Assembly: GCF_000018305.1 (NCBI RefSeq)
Contig: NC_009954.1
Location: forward strand, 1,170,001-1,202,000
Origin: Caldivirga maquilingensis IC-167
GTDB lineage: Archaea; Thermoproteota; Thermoprotei; Thermoproteales; Thermocladiaceae
Direction of reading: 5' to 3'
DNA: 32,000 nucleotides
Positions 18,095-25,659 of this stretch are shown here, one piece after another. The notes beneath the pieces were generated by a model that saw only the letters and a list, made by a program, of their open reading frames with translations, did no database searches and was not told where the DNA came from. Position numbers and translations under genes: made by a program. How positions within the stretch are numbered: position 1 is the first letter of the stretch; every line of letters starts with the position of its first letter.

Positions 18095-18377
18095 CCTGAC
18101 CACTCGCCCTGGAGGGTTGGGTTTTCTTTGGACGGCTTATTGGCTTGTGGTTTACCGTCTTCATTCTCACTGCTTCACTGCCGGTGGGGGCTTCCCTTCA
18201 CCCTGCTCTGCTCGTCCAGCGGTAGACCACGGGCTAGGTCTTCAGCCCAATTACCCCTATCCCTCCATGGGACTCGGGGGTATGTGGAGTGGTCCCTCAT
18301 GTGGGAACACTTGAGTAAACCATCATAAACCCCACCATGAGAATGAATCCCCTACACAGGATAACCCCACCAATCCC
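18095..18377 (-). ncRNA. GC-rich structured ncRNA; candidate SRP (7S) RNA, class unconfirmed
   Basis: This is the only strongly GC-rich island in the window, and no credible ORF lies in it. Long-range complementarity forms a rod: 18098-18105 pairs with 18287-18294 (8 bp), 18111-18116 with 18261-18266 (6 bp), and 18147-18157 with 18220-18230 (10 of 11). A local hairpin lies at 18231-18248. The 5' part has two hairpins with GGUGGGG loops and a UGUAG element reminiscent of an SRP Alu domain. A TATA-like box lies about 25 nt upstream. The strand call rests on these motifs and on the promoter. Confidence 0.5.
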
Positions 18378-18402
18378 AATAAAGCATTAAACCCTACCCC
18401 GC

Positions 18403-18410
18403 CTTAAAAA
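18403..18410 (-). promoter_or_regulatory. TATA-like box (TTTTTAAG on the minus strand) upstream of the structured RNA
   Basis: It would place the transcription start near 18377 (GGGAUUGG...). Confidence 0.4.
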
Positions 18411-18453
18411 GGTGAAGCTCACCGTCCTTTGTCACACGCTTAAGTTAAATTGG

Positions 18454-20040
18454 TTAGGATTGTAGAGGGGTTGTTAAGATGCTTAGTACAGTAATAACCT
18501 CATCAATGCTTGGACGCATTTGAGGATTCATGCTTAGGCTTCTCAGTATAATGTCGGTGAGTAGTGGGGGTATGTGTGGATCCATGGGTGGTGTAATGCC
18601 TCTTAAGATGTATTGCTGTGGGTTAAAACCCATGAGCATCTCATACATTATTAAACCCAGGGAGTATACGTCAGCCCTATCCGTGGCTGCCTTATTCATG
18701 AGAACCTCAGGGGCTGAGTATGCTAGGGAGAATTGAGATATTTCAACACTCTGCCCTGCGTAAACCCTTGAAGCCCCTAAGTCACCGAGCTTAACTACCC
18801 TCCTATTCTTATCCTTGAATAGGACGTTCTCAGGCTTAAGATCAAGGTGAAGCATACCCATGCTGTGTAATTCCTTTAAGGCAATAGCCACCTCATACGC
18901 AATTCTAACAGCCTCACCTACACTTAGTTTTCCCTTCTCCCTAAGGTAACGTCTCAATGACCCATACTCCATGTAATCCATAACTATGTATGGTGGATCC
19001 TCCAGGTAAGACTCCAGGTTCCTGTAGGGTAATTTATCCTCATTTATGTGTATTTCATAAACCTTAACCACCCTATCACTGTTAACTAGTAGGTAACTGG
19101 TCATCTCTCTCTTAAAGGATTGAACAACCTTCAAGTCACTGGCTAAGGGAGTGTTACTAGGGCTGGTGTATCTGAGAACCTTAATGGCGTACTTCTCATT
19201 ACCGTAACGACCCAGTAACACGTAGCTGAATCCCCCAGTGTCAATAACCTTCTCAACGTAGTAACGGCCACCAATCCATGCATCAACCCATGTTTCAGGC
19301 GGCGGCACACCCCTATGGTATCTCACTTTCCTGAATGTTGCCAGTGCCGGTATTAGTAGGAGTGATGCTTGGGGGATAAAGATTAGTGAGGTTGATGATA
19401 ATGCAATAGCTAAAGCCCGCTTAAGCCTACTTGACTTAACCATTGGTATCGTTAACACGAAGCTCGCTAAAATGCTTAGTGAAGCTTGAAATAAACTGGG
19501 TTTTAATCTTTGACTAAGTAGAATTAGTATAAGTGGGAGTATTGAGAGAATATACATTACCCAGGATGGGTACCTGTAGGTTGATTGAAGAGGACCATTG
19601 TAGGCTCTTATCGTAATGTACATTAGCAGTAGGAAGCTGAATATCATGTATATTAAGGAGTATGTAGCGGCTGATGAAGCAACCACAAGTACGTAGTAGA
19701 CTCCAACTAGGAGGTAACGTGACCAGGCTGGTAATTGAATTACAGTTAATGAAACAGCTATTGAAACCCCCACCATTACTACCAGTTCACTTATGAACCC
19801 CAGTGAATTAAGGTTACTGTATGTGATTAAGGCCAGGGCCAGGTACAGTGCGCTTATTGTTGCGTAATTCTTAGCGAAGGGGAATAGGAGTACTGGAAGC
19901 ATGGTTAAGGTGGTTGCTATTATCATAATCATGCTCTCATTAAACGTTATCCCAACTGCCGTTACCAATACTGCTAAGGCTAGGGTTTCAGTAATCCTCT
20001 CAATCAAGTCATAGTAACTGTACCTTGGTTCACTGCGCAT
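18454..20040 (-). CDS. Membrane-anchored Hanks-type Ser/Thr protein kinase
   Basis: The N-terminal ~260 aa are polytopic, with at least 8 hydrophobic helices. The C-terminal kinase domain has the G-loop GGFSYV, the Lys in YAIKV, the catalytic loop HLDLKPENV, DLG and SAPE. ATG 20040 is preferred because the only TATA box lies 8 nt from the track start at 20058. Confidence 0.9.
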   Translation of the reverse strand: MRSEPRYSYYDLIERITETLALAVLVTAVGITFNESMIMIIATTLTMLPVLLFPFAKNYATISALYLALALITYSNLNSLGFISELVVMVGVSIAVSLTVIQLPAWSRYLLVGVYYVLVVASSAATYSLIYMIFSFLLLMYITIRAYNGPLQSTYRYPSWVMYILSILPLILILLSQRLKPSLFQASLSILASFVLTIPMVKSSRLKRALAIALSSTSLIFIPQASLLLIPALATFRKVRYHRGVPPPETWVDAWIGGRYYVEKVIDTGGFSYVLLGRYGNEKYAIKVLRYTSPSNTPLASDLKVVQSFKREMTSYLLVNSDRVVKVYEIHINEDKLPYRNLESYLEDPPYIVMDYMEYGSLRRYLREKGKLSVGEAVRIAYEVAIALKELHSMGMLHLDLKPENVLFKDKNRRVVKLGDLGASRVYAGQSVEISQFSLAYSAPEVLMNKAATDRADVYSLGLIMYEMLMGFNPQQYILRGITPPMDPHIPPLLTDIILRSLSMNPQMRPSIDEVITVLSILTTPLQS

Positions 20041-20064
20041 TTCAGTTAAGCAACCCATGTAGGG

Positions 20065-20072
20065 TTTATTAA
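20065..20072. promoter_or_regulatory. Single near-palindromic TATA element (TTTATTAA) apparently shared by the divergent kinase and dph2 genes
   Basis: Centred about 26 nt from ATG 20094 on the plus strand and about 28 nt from ATG 20040 on the minus strand. The whole spacer is only 35-53 bp. Confidence 0.4.
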
Positions 20073-20093
20073 CCTAAAGTCTAATGGAAAGCG

Positions 20094-21107
20094 ATGATAG
20101 TGGAGAATGTGTTGGTGGAGGGTATTGATGAGTTAAGGGGGATTATTAATGATAGAGTGATGATTGAGGCGCCAATAGGTCTTAATAATATTGCAGTGAA
20201 GTTATCGAAAATAATTATTGAGAAGTATGGTGTTAAGGAAGCAGTAGTAAGCGGTAGGAATGCCTGGGGGGCATGTGACATAACCACTCCACCGCCTGGC
20301 TTCGACATTATACACATTGGTCATGCGTTACCCCCGAATATTGAATCATTAATGAGGATTAATGGCTATGTGATTGAGAAGAACGGTGAAAAGGCAGTTA
20401 TCACTGGTAAGGGGTTTAAGGCATATATCCTACCAGCCTACTACATGCCTAATGATGGTGTCGTTGAGGCTTTAGTCAAGGGCCTACAGGGGTATGAGGG
20501 TTCACTAGTCCTTTACCCAATCCTATACAAGCTTTACGCGGAGTCAGTGGCTAGGGGGATACGTGGAGCCGCGGTGGGGCCGTTCACAGGATGCTTCATG
20601 CCCATTAGGGCTAATAGGATTGTGGTGGTTTCAGGGGGTTACTTCTATGCGTTAACAGCTAAGTTAATTAACCCAGGTTCAAGGGTAATGGTGGCTGATC
20701 CACATAGGGTTGTGGTTGAGGATGTGGAGTCGGTTTACAGGAGGTACATTGGTTTAAAGGTTAATTCACTGTTAAGGGCTATTGATGCGAGGAGGATAGC
20801 CATATTATTAACCAGTAAGCCTGGTCAAGGCAACATTAATCATGCCTTAAGCGTTAAACGTAGGTTACAGCAGAGTGGGAGGGATGCCTTCATACTCTAC
20901 GTTGATGAGGTCTCAGCTGAGGCTATAAATAATATTGATGCTGACGCAGTTGTTATTGAGGCTTGTCCGAGAATAGCCTTAGATGACTTAGATAGGGTTA
21001 ATAAACCACTCATAGCGCCGCTTGAGGTGAATTACATTATTAACGGTAAGATAAGTGAATATAAGGCAGCTGCAGCAACATTGATACCGCTTAATAGTGG
21101 GTACTAG
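20094..21107 (+). CDS. dph2: 2-(3-amino-3-carboxypropyl)histidine synthase (diphthamide synthesis, archaeal Dph2)
   Basis: WGACD, IHIGHA and the C-terminal ACPRIALDD...KPLIAPLE closely parallel archaeal Dph2 as I remember it from Pyrococcus. The size, 337 aa, fits. Confidence 0.9.
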   Translation: MIVENVLVEGIDELRGIINDRVMIEAPIGLNNIAVKLSKIIIEKYGVKEAVVSGRNAWGACDITTPPPGFDIIHIGHALPPNIESLMRINGYVIEKNGEKAVITGKGFKAYILPAYYMPNDGVVEALVKGLQGYEGSLVLYPILYKLYAESVARGIRGAAVGPFTGCFMPIRANRIVVVSGGYFYALTAKLINPGSRVMVADPHRVVVEDVESVYRRYIGLKVNSLLRAIDARRIAILLTSKPGQGNINHALSVKRRLQQSGRDAFILYVDEVSAEAINNIDADAVVIEACPRIALDDLDRVNKPLIAPLEVNYIINGKISEYKAAAATLIPLNSGY

Positions 21108-21167
21108 CTTATGCCTAACCATAACTTAAGCAGTGCCTTACGGCAATGACCTGGTGTTTAACTAAGA

Positions 21168-21863
21168 TTAAAGGTTTCTTAAAATGCTTAACATTGCCTT
21201 AGCGTTCTCCAGCATCCAGTGGTCATTATTAAAGAATACGTAAACCTTAATTGGATTAAGGGATTTAATAACCTTAGCCACCTCAATTAATTCACCCTCA
21301 CTGTAATTGTGGAAGTACCAATTACTCCTCCCATGCATCCTCAAGTAAACAACACCATTACTTGATCCTATCCACTTAATTTCAGGGGAGTCTATGGATA
21401 CCATTGTGACTTCAAGTTCATTAATTGAATTAACCACGCTATCATTAAACCAACCGCGCTCCCTAAACTCAACCGCAATTCTCTCACCACCTCCTATTTC
21501 ACTTATGAAGTCGTGAAGTCTACTTAAGTTATCGCTACTGTACTTGAATGATGGAGGTAGTTGAATTAAGTAGAAGTCGATGCTATTGTTAAGCGGCTTA
21601 AATAACTCAATCATCTTACGCCACCATTCAGGGGCATTACCGCTAAGCTTAGCCACATGGCTAATGTACCTATAAGCCTTAATAGACCATCTTAATGCTG
21701 AAGCCTTACTAGCCCATGAATTAACCATAGTGGGTTTAGGTAACCTATAGAATGATGAATTCAACTCAACTGCATTCAACCCACTATACTTAACGTACCA
21801 ATCCAGTGAACGCCCCTTATTCCAATCATATAACCAACCTGAGGTGCCTACGTAAATTTCCAT
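21168..21863 (-). CDS. DUF72 (UPF0759) family protein
   Basis: The N-terminus YVGTSGWLYDWNKG, together with ELNSSFYRLP and IQLPPSF, is typical of DUF72. Confidence 0.8.
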   Translation of the reverse strand: MEIYVGTSGWLYDWNKGRSLDWYVKYSGLNAVELNSSFYRLPKPTMVNSWASKASALRWSIKAYRYISHVAKLSGNAPEWWRKMIELFKPLNNSIDFYLIQLPPSFKYSSDNLSRLHDFISEIGGGERIAVEFRERGWFNDSVVNSINELEVTMVSIDSPEIKWIGSSNGVVYLRMHGRSNWYFHNYSEGELIEVAKVIKSLNPIKVYVFFNNDHWMLENAKAMLSILRNL

Positions 21864-22072
21864 TTAATCACCAATGCAGTAACCAGGATTCAGCCTTTTA
21901 AGGTATATGGACGTGGAGTTTCATACTAATTAATATAAGGCCACCTTCAGTGTGTAGTCTTTACATTAGTTAAATGTTAAATTACCTAGGTAAGTAAGTC
22001 TAGGAATTTAATCCATGTTATTAACATCATGTGAAATAAGGGATTTAATAGGCATTTAACCCCATAGCACCC

Positions 22073-22405
22073 ATGAATTATAGGGTTGTTGCACAGGTAT
22101 CGGATTTGGATAAGGTTAAGGCGGCGTTGGTGTCCTGCAGGAACCTGCTTGAGGATTTAGGTAACGTGCAGCTTGAGGTTGTTTTCAATCAAATGGCAGT
22201 TAGGGCATTAGTCAAGGGTAGTGAGTATGAGGGTGATGTTGATGAGCTTATTAAAATGGGTGTTCTTATTGTTGCCTGTAGGAATGCCATGAGGTTGAAT
22301 AATATTAATGAGGGGGATTTAATTAACGGTGTCGCCATTGTTAATGCTGGGGTGGGGGAAATTGTGAGGAAGATGGCTGATGGTTGGCTATACTTAAGGC
22401 TGTGA
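22073..22405 (+). CDS. DsrE/DsrF-like (COG1416-type) small protein
   Basis: 110 aa. VVFNQMAV, the Cys in IVACRNAM, and the C-terminal GVAIVNAGVGEIVRKMADGWLYLRL pattern match the DsrE-like family. Confidence 0.65.
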   Translation: MNYRVVAQVSDLDKVKAALVSCRNLLEDLGNVQLEVVFNQMAVRALVKGSEYEGDVDELIKMGVLIVACRNAMRLNNINEGDLINGVAIVNAGVGEIVRKMADGWLYLRL

Positions 22406-22463
22406 TGCTAACGCATAATAATTAAGCCGTTACGTAGTAATTGCCGCTCCATTTACCGGGAAA

Positions 22464-23051
22464 TCACTGCCCCGGCTTACTCTGAGGCTTCTTCTTGGCC
22501 TTAGTGGCCTCCTCAATCCACTCAATTTTACCCAAGAAGGGTTGCCTCATAGTCATTGATACGTTTAACCTAATTCCATTAGCCGTCGACACGTAACTAA
22601 CCCCAACTATCCTAGCCCTAACCACATCCCCTCTACCAACCTTCTTCTGCCTATTCTTCTCCCCCATGAAGACGCCGCTCTGCCTATCGAAGAGTACAAC
22701 GTTCTCATCCATTACCTGGGACCTATGTATGAAGGCTGTTAAGGCACCTATTCTGACGTGGGCGCCATACTCCTTAACATCAACCACATCCCCCTCAACA
22801 ATCTCATTAATCAGTGGGACGAAGACAAGTGCCTTAAAGGAAACCTTATGGTATGTTGCACCATCACCGTAAACTATGACACCCCTCTTATCAACCTTCA
22901 CATCGAATACCGCTATAAAGACCCCTAACTCCCTATCAACCTTACCCTCATAGTTACTTCTCAACTGCTCGTAGGCAATCTTATCAATAGGTTCATTAAA
23001 CACCGAGGGGGGAACCCTAATGTAATCCTCTACTGTTATTACCCTAAACAC
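22464..23051 (-). CDS. rpo7: DNA-directed RNA polymerase subunit Rpo7 (E')
   Basis: The S1-domain protein aligns from its first residues (VFRVITVEDYIRVPP) with crenarchaeal Rpo7 (MYKLIKARSIVRIPP...). YGDGATYH, VRARI and MRQPFLGKIEWI are present. GTG 23051 sits 25 nt downstream of a TATA box, so the track start at 23135 is probably too long. Confidence 0.9.
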   Translation of the reverse strand: MFRVITVEDYIRVPPSVFNEPIDKIAYEQLRSNYEGKVDRELGVFIAVFDVKVDKRGVIVYGDGATYHKVSFKALVFVPLINEIVEGDVVDVKEYGAHVRIGALTAFIHRSQVMDENVVLFDRQSGVFMGEKNRQKKVGRGDVVRARIVGVSYVSTANGIRLNVSMTMRQPFLGKIEWIEEATKAKKKPQSKPGQ

Positions 23052-23071
23052 ACCCCTACATGGATTAGGCT

Positions 23072-23079
23072 TATTTAAA
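23072..23079 (-). promoter_or_regulatory. TATA box (TTTAAATA on the minus strand) for rpo7
   Basis: Centred about 25 nt upstream of GTG 23051, and located inside the longer track ORF. Confidence 0.5.
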
Positions 23080-23172
23080 CCTTGCATCATAGGCCGCATA
23101 GGGAAATAAACCTTAAAATTAGGCTTAACAAGCAAGAAACATTTATTAACACGAATCCTTAAATGAGCCCTT

Positions 23173-25020
23173 ATGCTGGGTTATACGAATAAGATTGCGA
23201 GGATTAATTTAAGCACTGGTAAGGTTTCAATTGAGGAAACACCCGAATGGTTAATAAACACTTTCATAGGAGGCAAGGGCTTCGTCTACGGTATACTCTC
23301 CAGGGAGGTTAAACCCGGCACTGACCCGTTATCAAGTGATAATAAGATTGTTGTAGCGGCCGGTGCGTTAGCTGGATTAGCTCCGGCATCGGCTAAAACC
23401 ATAGTGGGTGCTGTAAGCCCATTAAGCGGCTTAATTCACGACACCAGCGTTGGGGAGTGGTTCTCATACATGCTTAGGGGGGCTGGCTTTGATGCATTAG
23501 TAATAGAGGGTGCCTCCAAGGAGCCGGTTTACCTGTGGGTTAATAAGGGTAAGGTGGAGATTAGGGATGCTTCAAGGATCTGGGGAATGACCACTAGGGA
23601 GGCCGCTAGGGCTGTTAGGGAGGAGACTAATAGGGCTGCCTCAGTAATGGTTATTGGGCCAGCTGGGGAGAACTTGGTTAAGATATCTAACATAATGGTT
23701 GAGGGTGAGAGGGCTGGTGGCAGGGGTGGTCTTGGTGCTGTCTTCGGTAGTAAGAGGCTTAAGGCCATTGCAGTCCACGGTGTACCGAACATTAAGGTTG
23801 CTGATCCTAACGGGTTCCTAAATGCAGCCCTAGACATATACAGGAGGTTCCAAACCTCATCTGACACCTCTGAGTCAAGGGAGTTTGGGACAACCAATGG
23901 CCTAATGTACAGTGGTTCAATAGGCACATCACCGGCCTTCAATTACGGTAGACCGAGGCTTGAGGAGGATTTAGCCCGTAAACTCAGTGGGGCTCACTTT
24001 AAGGAACTTGGCCTTGAAGTTAACTTCCCGCAGAAGCCCATTAAGATAATTGGCGCATTATGCCCGGTTAAGTGCTCAAGGTGGTTTAAGATACCTGGAG
24101 AGGAGGATCACGTTAAGCCTGAGTACGAGACACTGGGTCTAGTGGGTTCAGCCACAGGGGTGTTTGATGAGAGGTACTTCCTTAAGGCTAATAGGCTTGT
24201 CAATGACCTTGGCTTAGACGCAATAGGTGTTGGTAATGTTATTGGATGGGCCATGGAGCTTTACGAGAAGGGCCTATTAACTAAGCAGGACACTGGTGGT
24301 ATTGAGTTGAAGTTCGGTAATGGTGAGGCGTTGATTAAGATGATTGAGGACATAGCCTACCAGAGGGATTTAGGTAAGGTGCTGGCTCAGGGTGTTGCAG
24401 ATGCAGCTGAGATACTGGGTAAGGGGGCTGAGTACGCTGTCCACTTTAAGAAGATTGCCTTACCTGCCTGGTACCCTAATGGGCCATTAAGGGGCCTCGT
24501 GATATCATACTTAACAGCAGATGTTGGTGGAAGCCACTTAAGGGGTTGGCCTCAGATGCATGATCCAGATACTCCACTTAAGAATACTGTGGAATCCATG
24601 ATTAATGATAGGGATAGGAAGGTTGCAATGGATGCCATGGGGCTCTGCGTGTTTAACCCGTACTCGGTGGATGACATGGTTAAGTTGTATAATTTGGCAA
24701 CTGGTAGGAATGTTAACAATGAATACGTATTAAAGGTGAGCACTAGGATAGATACAATAGCTAGGATATGGCATGTGCTACTGGGTTACGTTGATGCGTG
24801 GAGTCAAGTACCAAGGAAGATGATTGTTGATGAGGAGGGGCCGAAGTTTAAGCGTGAGGAGATTGAGGAGGCTGTTAAGGAATTCTATAAACTGAGGGGT
24901 TGGGATCCTGAGACTGGTTTACCATCCCATGATTACTTGAGGCAATTGGGTATTGAGTGGATGATACCGTATAGGGATGAGGCTGAGAGGATTCTAAGGC
25001 AATACACCCCTAAGAAGTAG
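23173..25020 (+). CDS. aor: Tungsten-dependent aldehyde:ferredoxin oxidoreductase (AOR family)
   Basis: 615 aa. The N-terminus KIARINLSTGKVSIEETPEW...IGGKG, the motif GRGGLGAVFGSKRLKAI and the overall length are typical of the AOR family. Confidence 0.9.
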   Translation: MLGYTNKIARINLSTGKVSIEETPEWLINTFIGGKGFVYGILSREVKPGTDPLSSDNKIVVAAGALAGLAPASAKTIVGAVSPLSGLIHDTSVGEWFSYMLRGAGFDALVIEGASKEPVYLWVNKGKVEIRDASRIWGMTTREAARAVREETNRAASVMVIGPAGENLVKISNIMVEGERAGGRGGLGAVFGSKRLKAIAVHGVPNIKVADPNGFLNAALDIYRRFQTSSDTSESREFGTTNGLMYSGSIGTSPAFNYGRPRLEEDLARKLSGAHFKELGLEVNFPQKPIKIIGALCPVKCSRWFKIPGEEDHVKPEYETLGLVGSATGVFDERYFLKANRLVNDLGLDAIGVGNVIGWAMELYEKGLLTKQDTGGIELKFGNGEALIKMIEDIAYQRDLGKVLAQGVADAAEILGKGAEYAVHFKKIALPAWYPNGPLRGLVISYLTADVGGSHLRGWPQMHDPDTPLKNTVESMINDRDRKVAMDAMGLCVFNPYSVDDMVKLYNLATGRNVNNEYVLKVSTRIDTIARIWHVLLGYVDAWSQVPRKMIVDEEGPKFKREEIEEAVKEFYKLRGWDPETGLPSHDYLRQLGIEWMIPYRDEAERILRQYTPKK

Positions 25021-25602
25021 GGTTAAACCAATGTACATGAAGTAGAGGGCGAAACCCATTATTGCAGCCCCTGAAACCGTCTTCACAATGATCTCATACC
25101 TACCCCCAAGGTACCTCTTCCCAGTGTATACGGCTAATGGGTAGGTGATTATCCAGGCTAAAATACCTGTGAATAAGCCCGCAATACTGAACACACCCAT
25201 TATTGATATTAACGTTAACCCAGCTGACAACCACCACCCTATTTGATAAGGATTTGTAACACCCATCACGTACCCCTTGGTGTAATTCCTAAGTACACCA
25301 CCTAAACCATGAGCACTAGCAGTAATGCGGGAGGGCCTCAGCATTAATACGGCTAGGTAAATCATTACCCCACCACCAATGAAGTACACGTAAGATACGT
25401 AGGGTTTCACAAGCCTGTACAGGAAGTAGGTTATTATCATTAACGTTGCGTCAGCAGACATTGCACCAGCCCCAACTGCAGTACCGTGAAGAGGAGTCTT
25501 AAGGGCCTCAGCGGCTATTAACGCATTCATAGGGCCTGGTGGTACAGCCAACGATAAGCCTAGGGCTAGGCCAAGCAAATACTCGTAAACCGCATCAATC
25601 AT
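24994..25602 (-). CDS. LysE/RhtB-type exporter
   Basis: The N-terminus LLGLALGLSLAVPPGPMNA (the PGP motif) and about 6 TM helices are present. ATG 25602 is preferred over the track start at 25647. The 3' end overlaps the convergent AOR gene by 27 nt. Confidence 0.8.
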   Translation of the reverse strand: MIDAVYEYLLGLALGLSLAVPPGPMNALIAAEALKTPLHGTAVGAGAMSADATLMIITYFLYRLVKPYVSYVYFIGGGVMIYLAVLMLRPSRITASAHGLGGVLRNYTKGYVMGVTNPYQIGWWLSAGLTLISIMGVFSIAGLFTGILAWIITYPLAVYTGKRYLGGRYEIIVKTVSGAAIMGFALYFMYIGLTLLLRGVLP

Positions 25603-25659
25603 TGTTAAAGCTGGAGGAGGGTGAACTTTTAAGCATTGAATCAGCATCAGTGAACTCTA

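Noticed and set aside
18092-18328. ORFs of 78 aa and 65 aa (18117-18314) on the plus strand inside the GC-rich island
   Set aside because: Their composition is Pro/Ser/Leu/Gly/Cys/Trp-rich and unlike any protein family. The region shows extensive nested base-pairing and a GC content unlike every real CDS in the window, so it is better explained as a structured RNA gene.
18095-18377. Interpretation of the GC-rich RNA as RNase P RNA (CR-II/CR-III-like AGGGUGAAGGG...ACGGUAAACCAC...AAGCCAAUAAG), or as an intron-containing tRNA (D-arm-like CCAGCGGUAGAC on the plus strand)
   Set aside because: No CR-I (GGAAAGUCC) or CR-IV/V (AGAA..GGCUUA) lies on the same strand, so P4 cannot form. No T-arm (GTTCRAATC) or acceptor pairing supports a tRNA. 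I kept it as an unclassified SRP-like candidate instead.
22015-22027. Palindrome ATGTTA-T-TAACAT just upstream of the DsrE-like gene TATA box
   Set aside because: Six-bp arms in a 200-bp AT-rich spacer are expected by chance at roughly this frequency, and there is no second copy.
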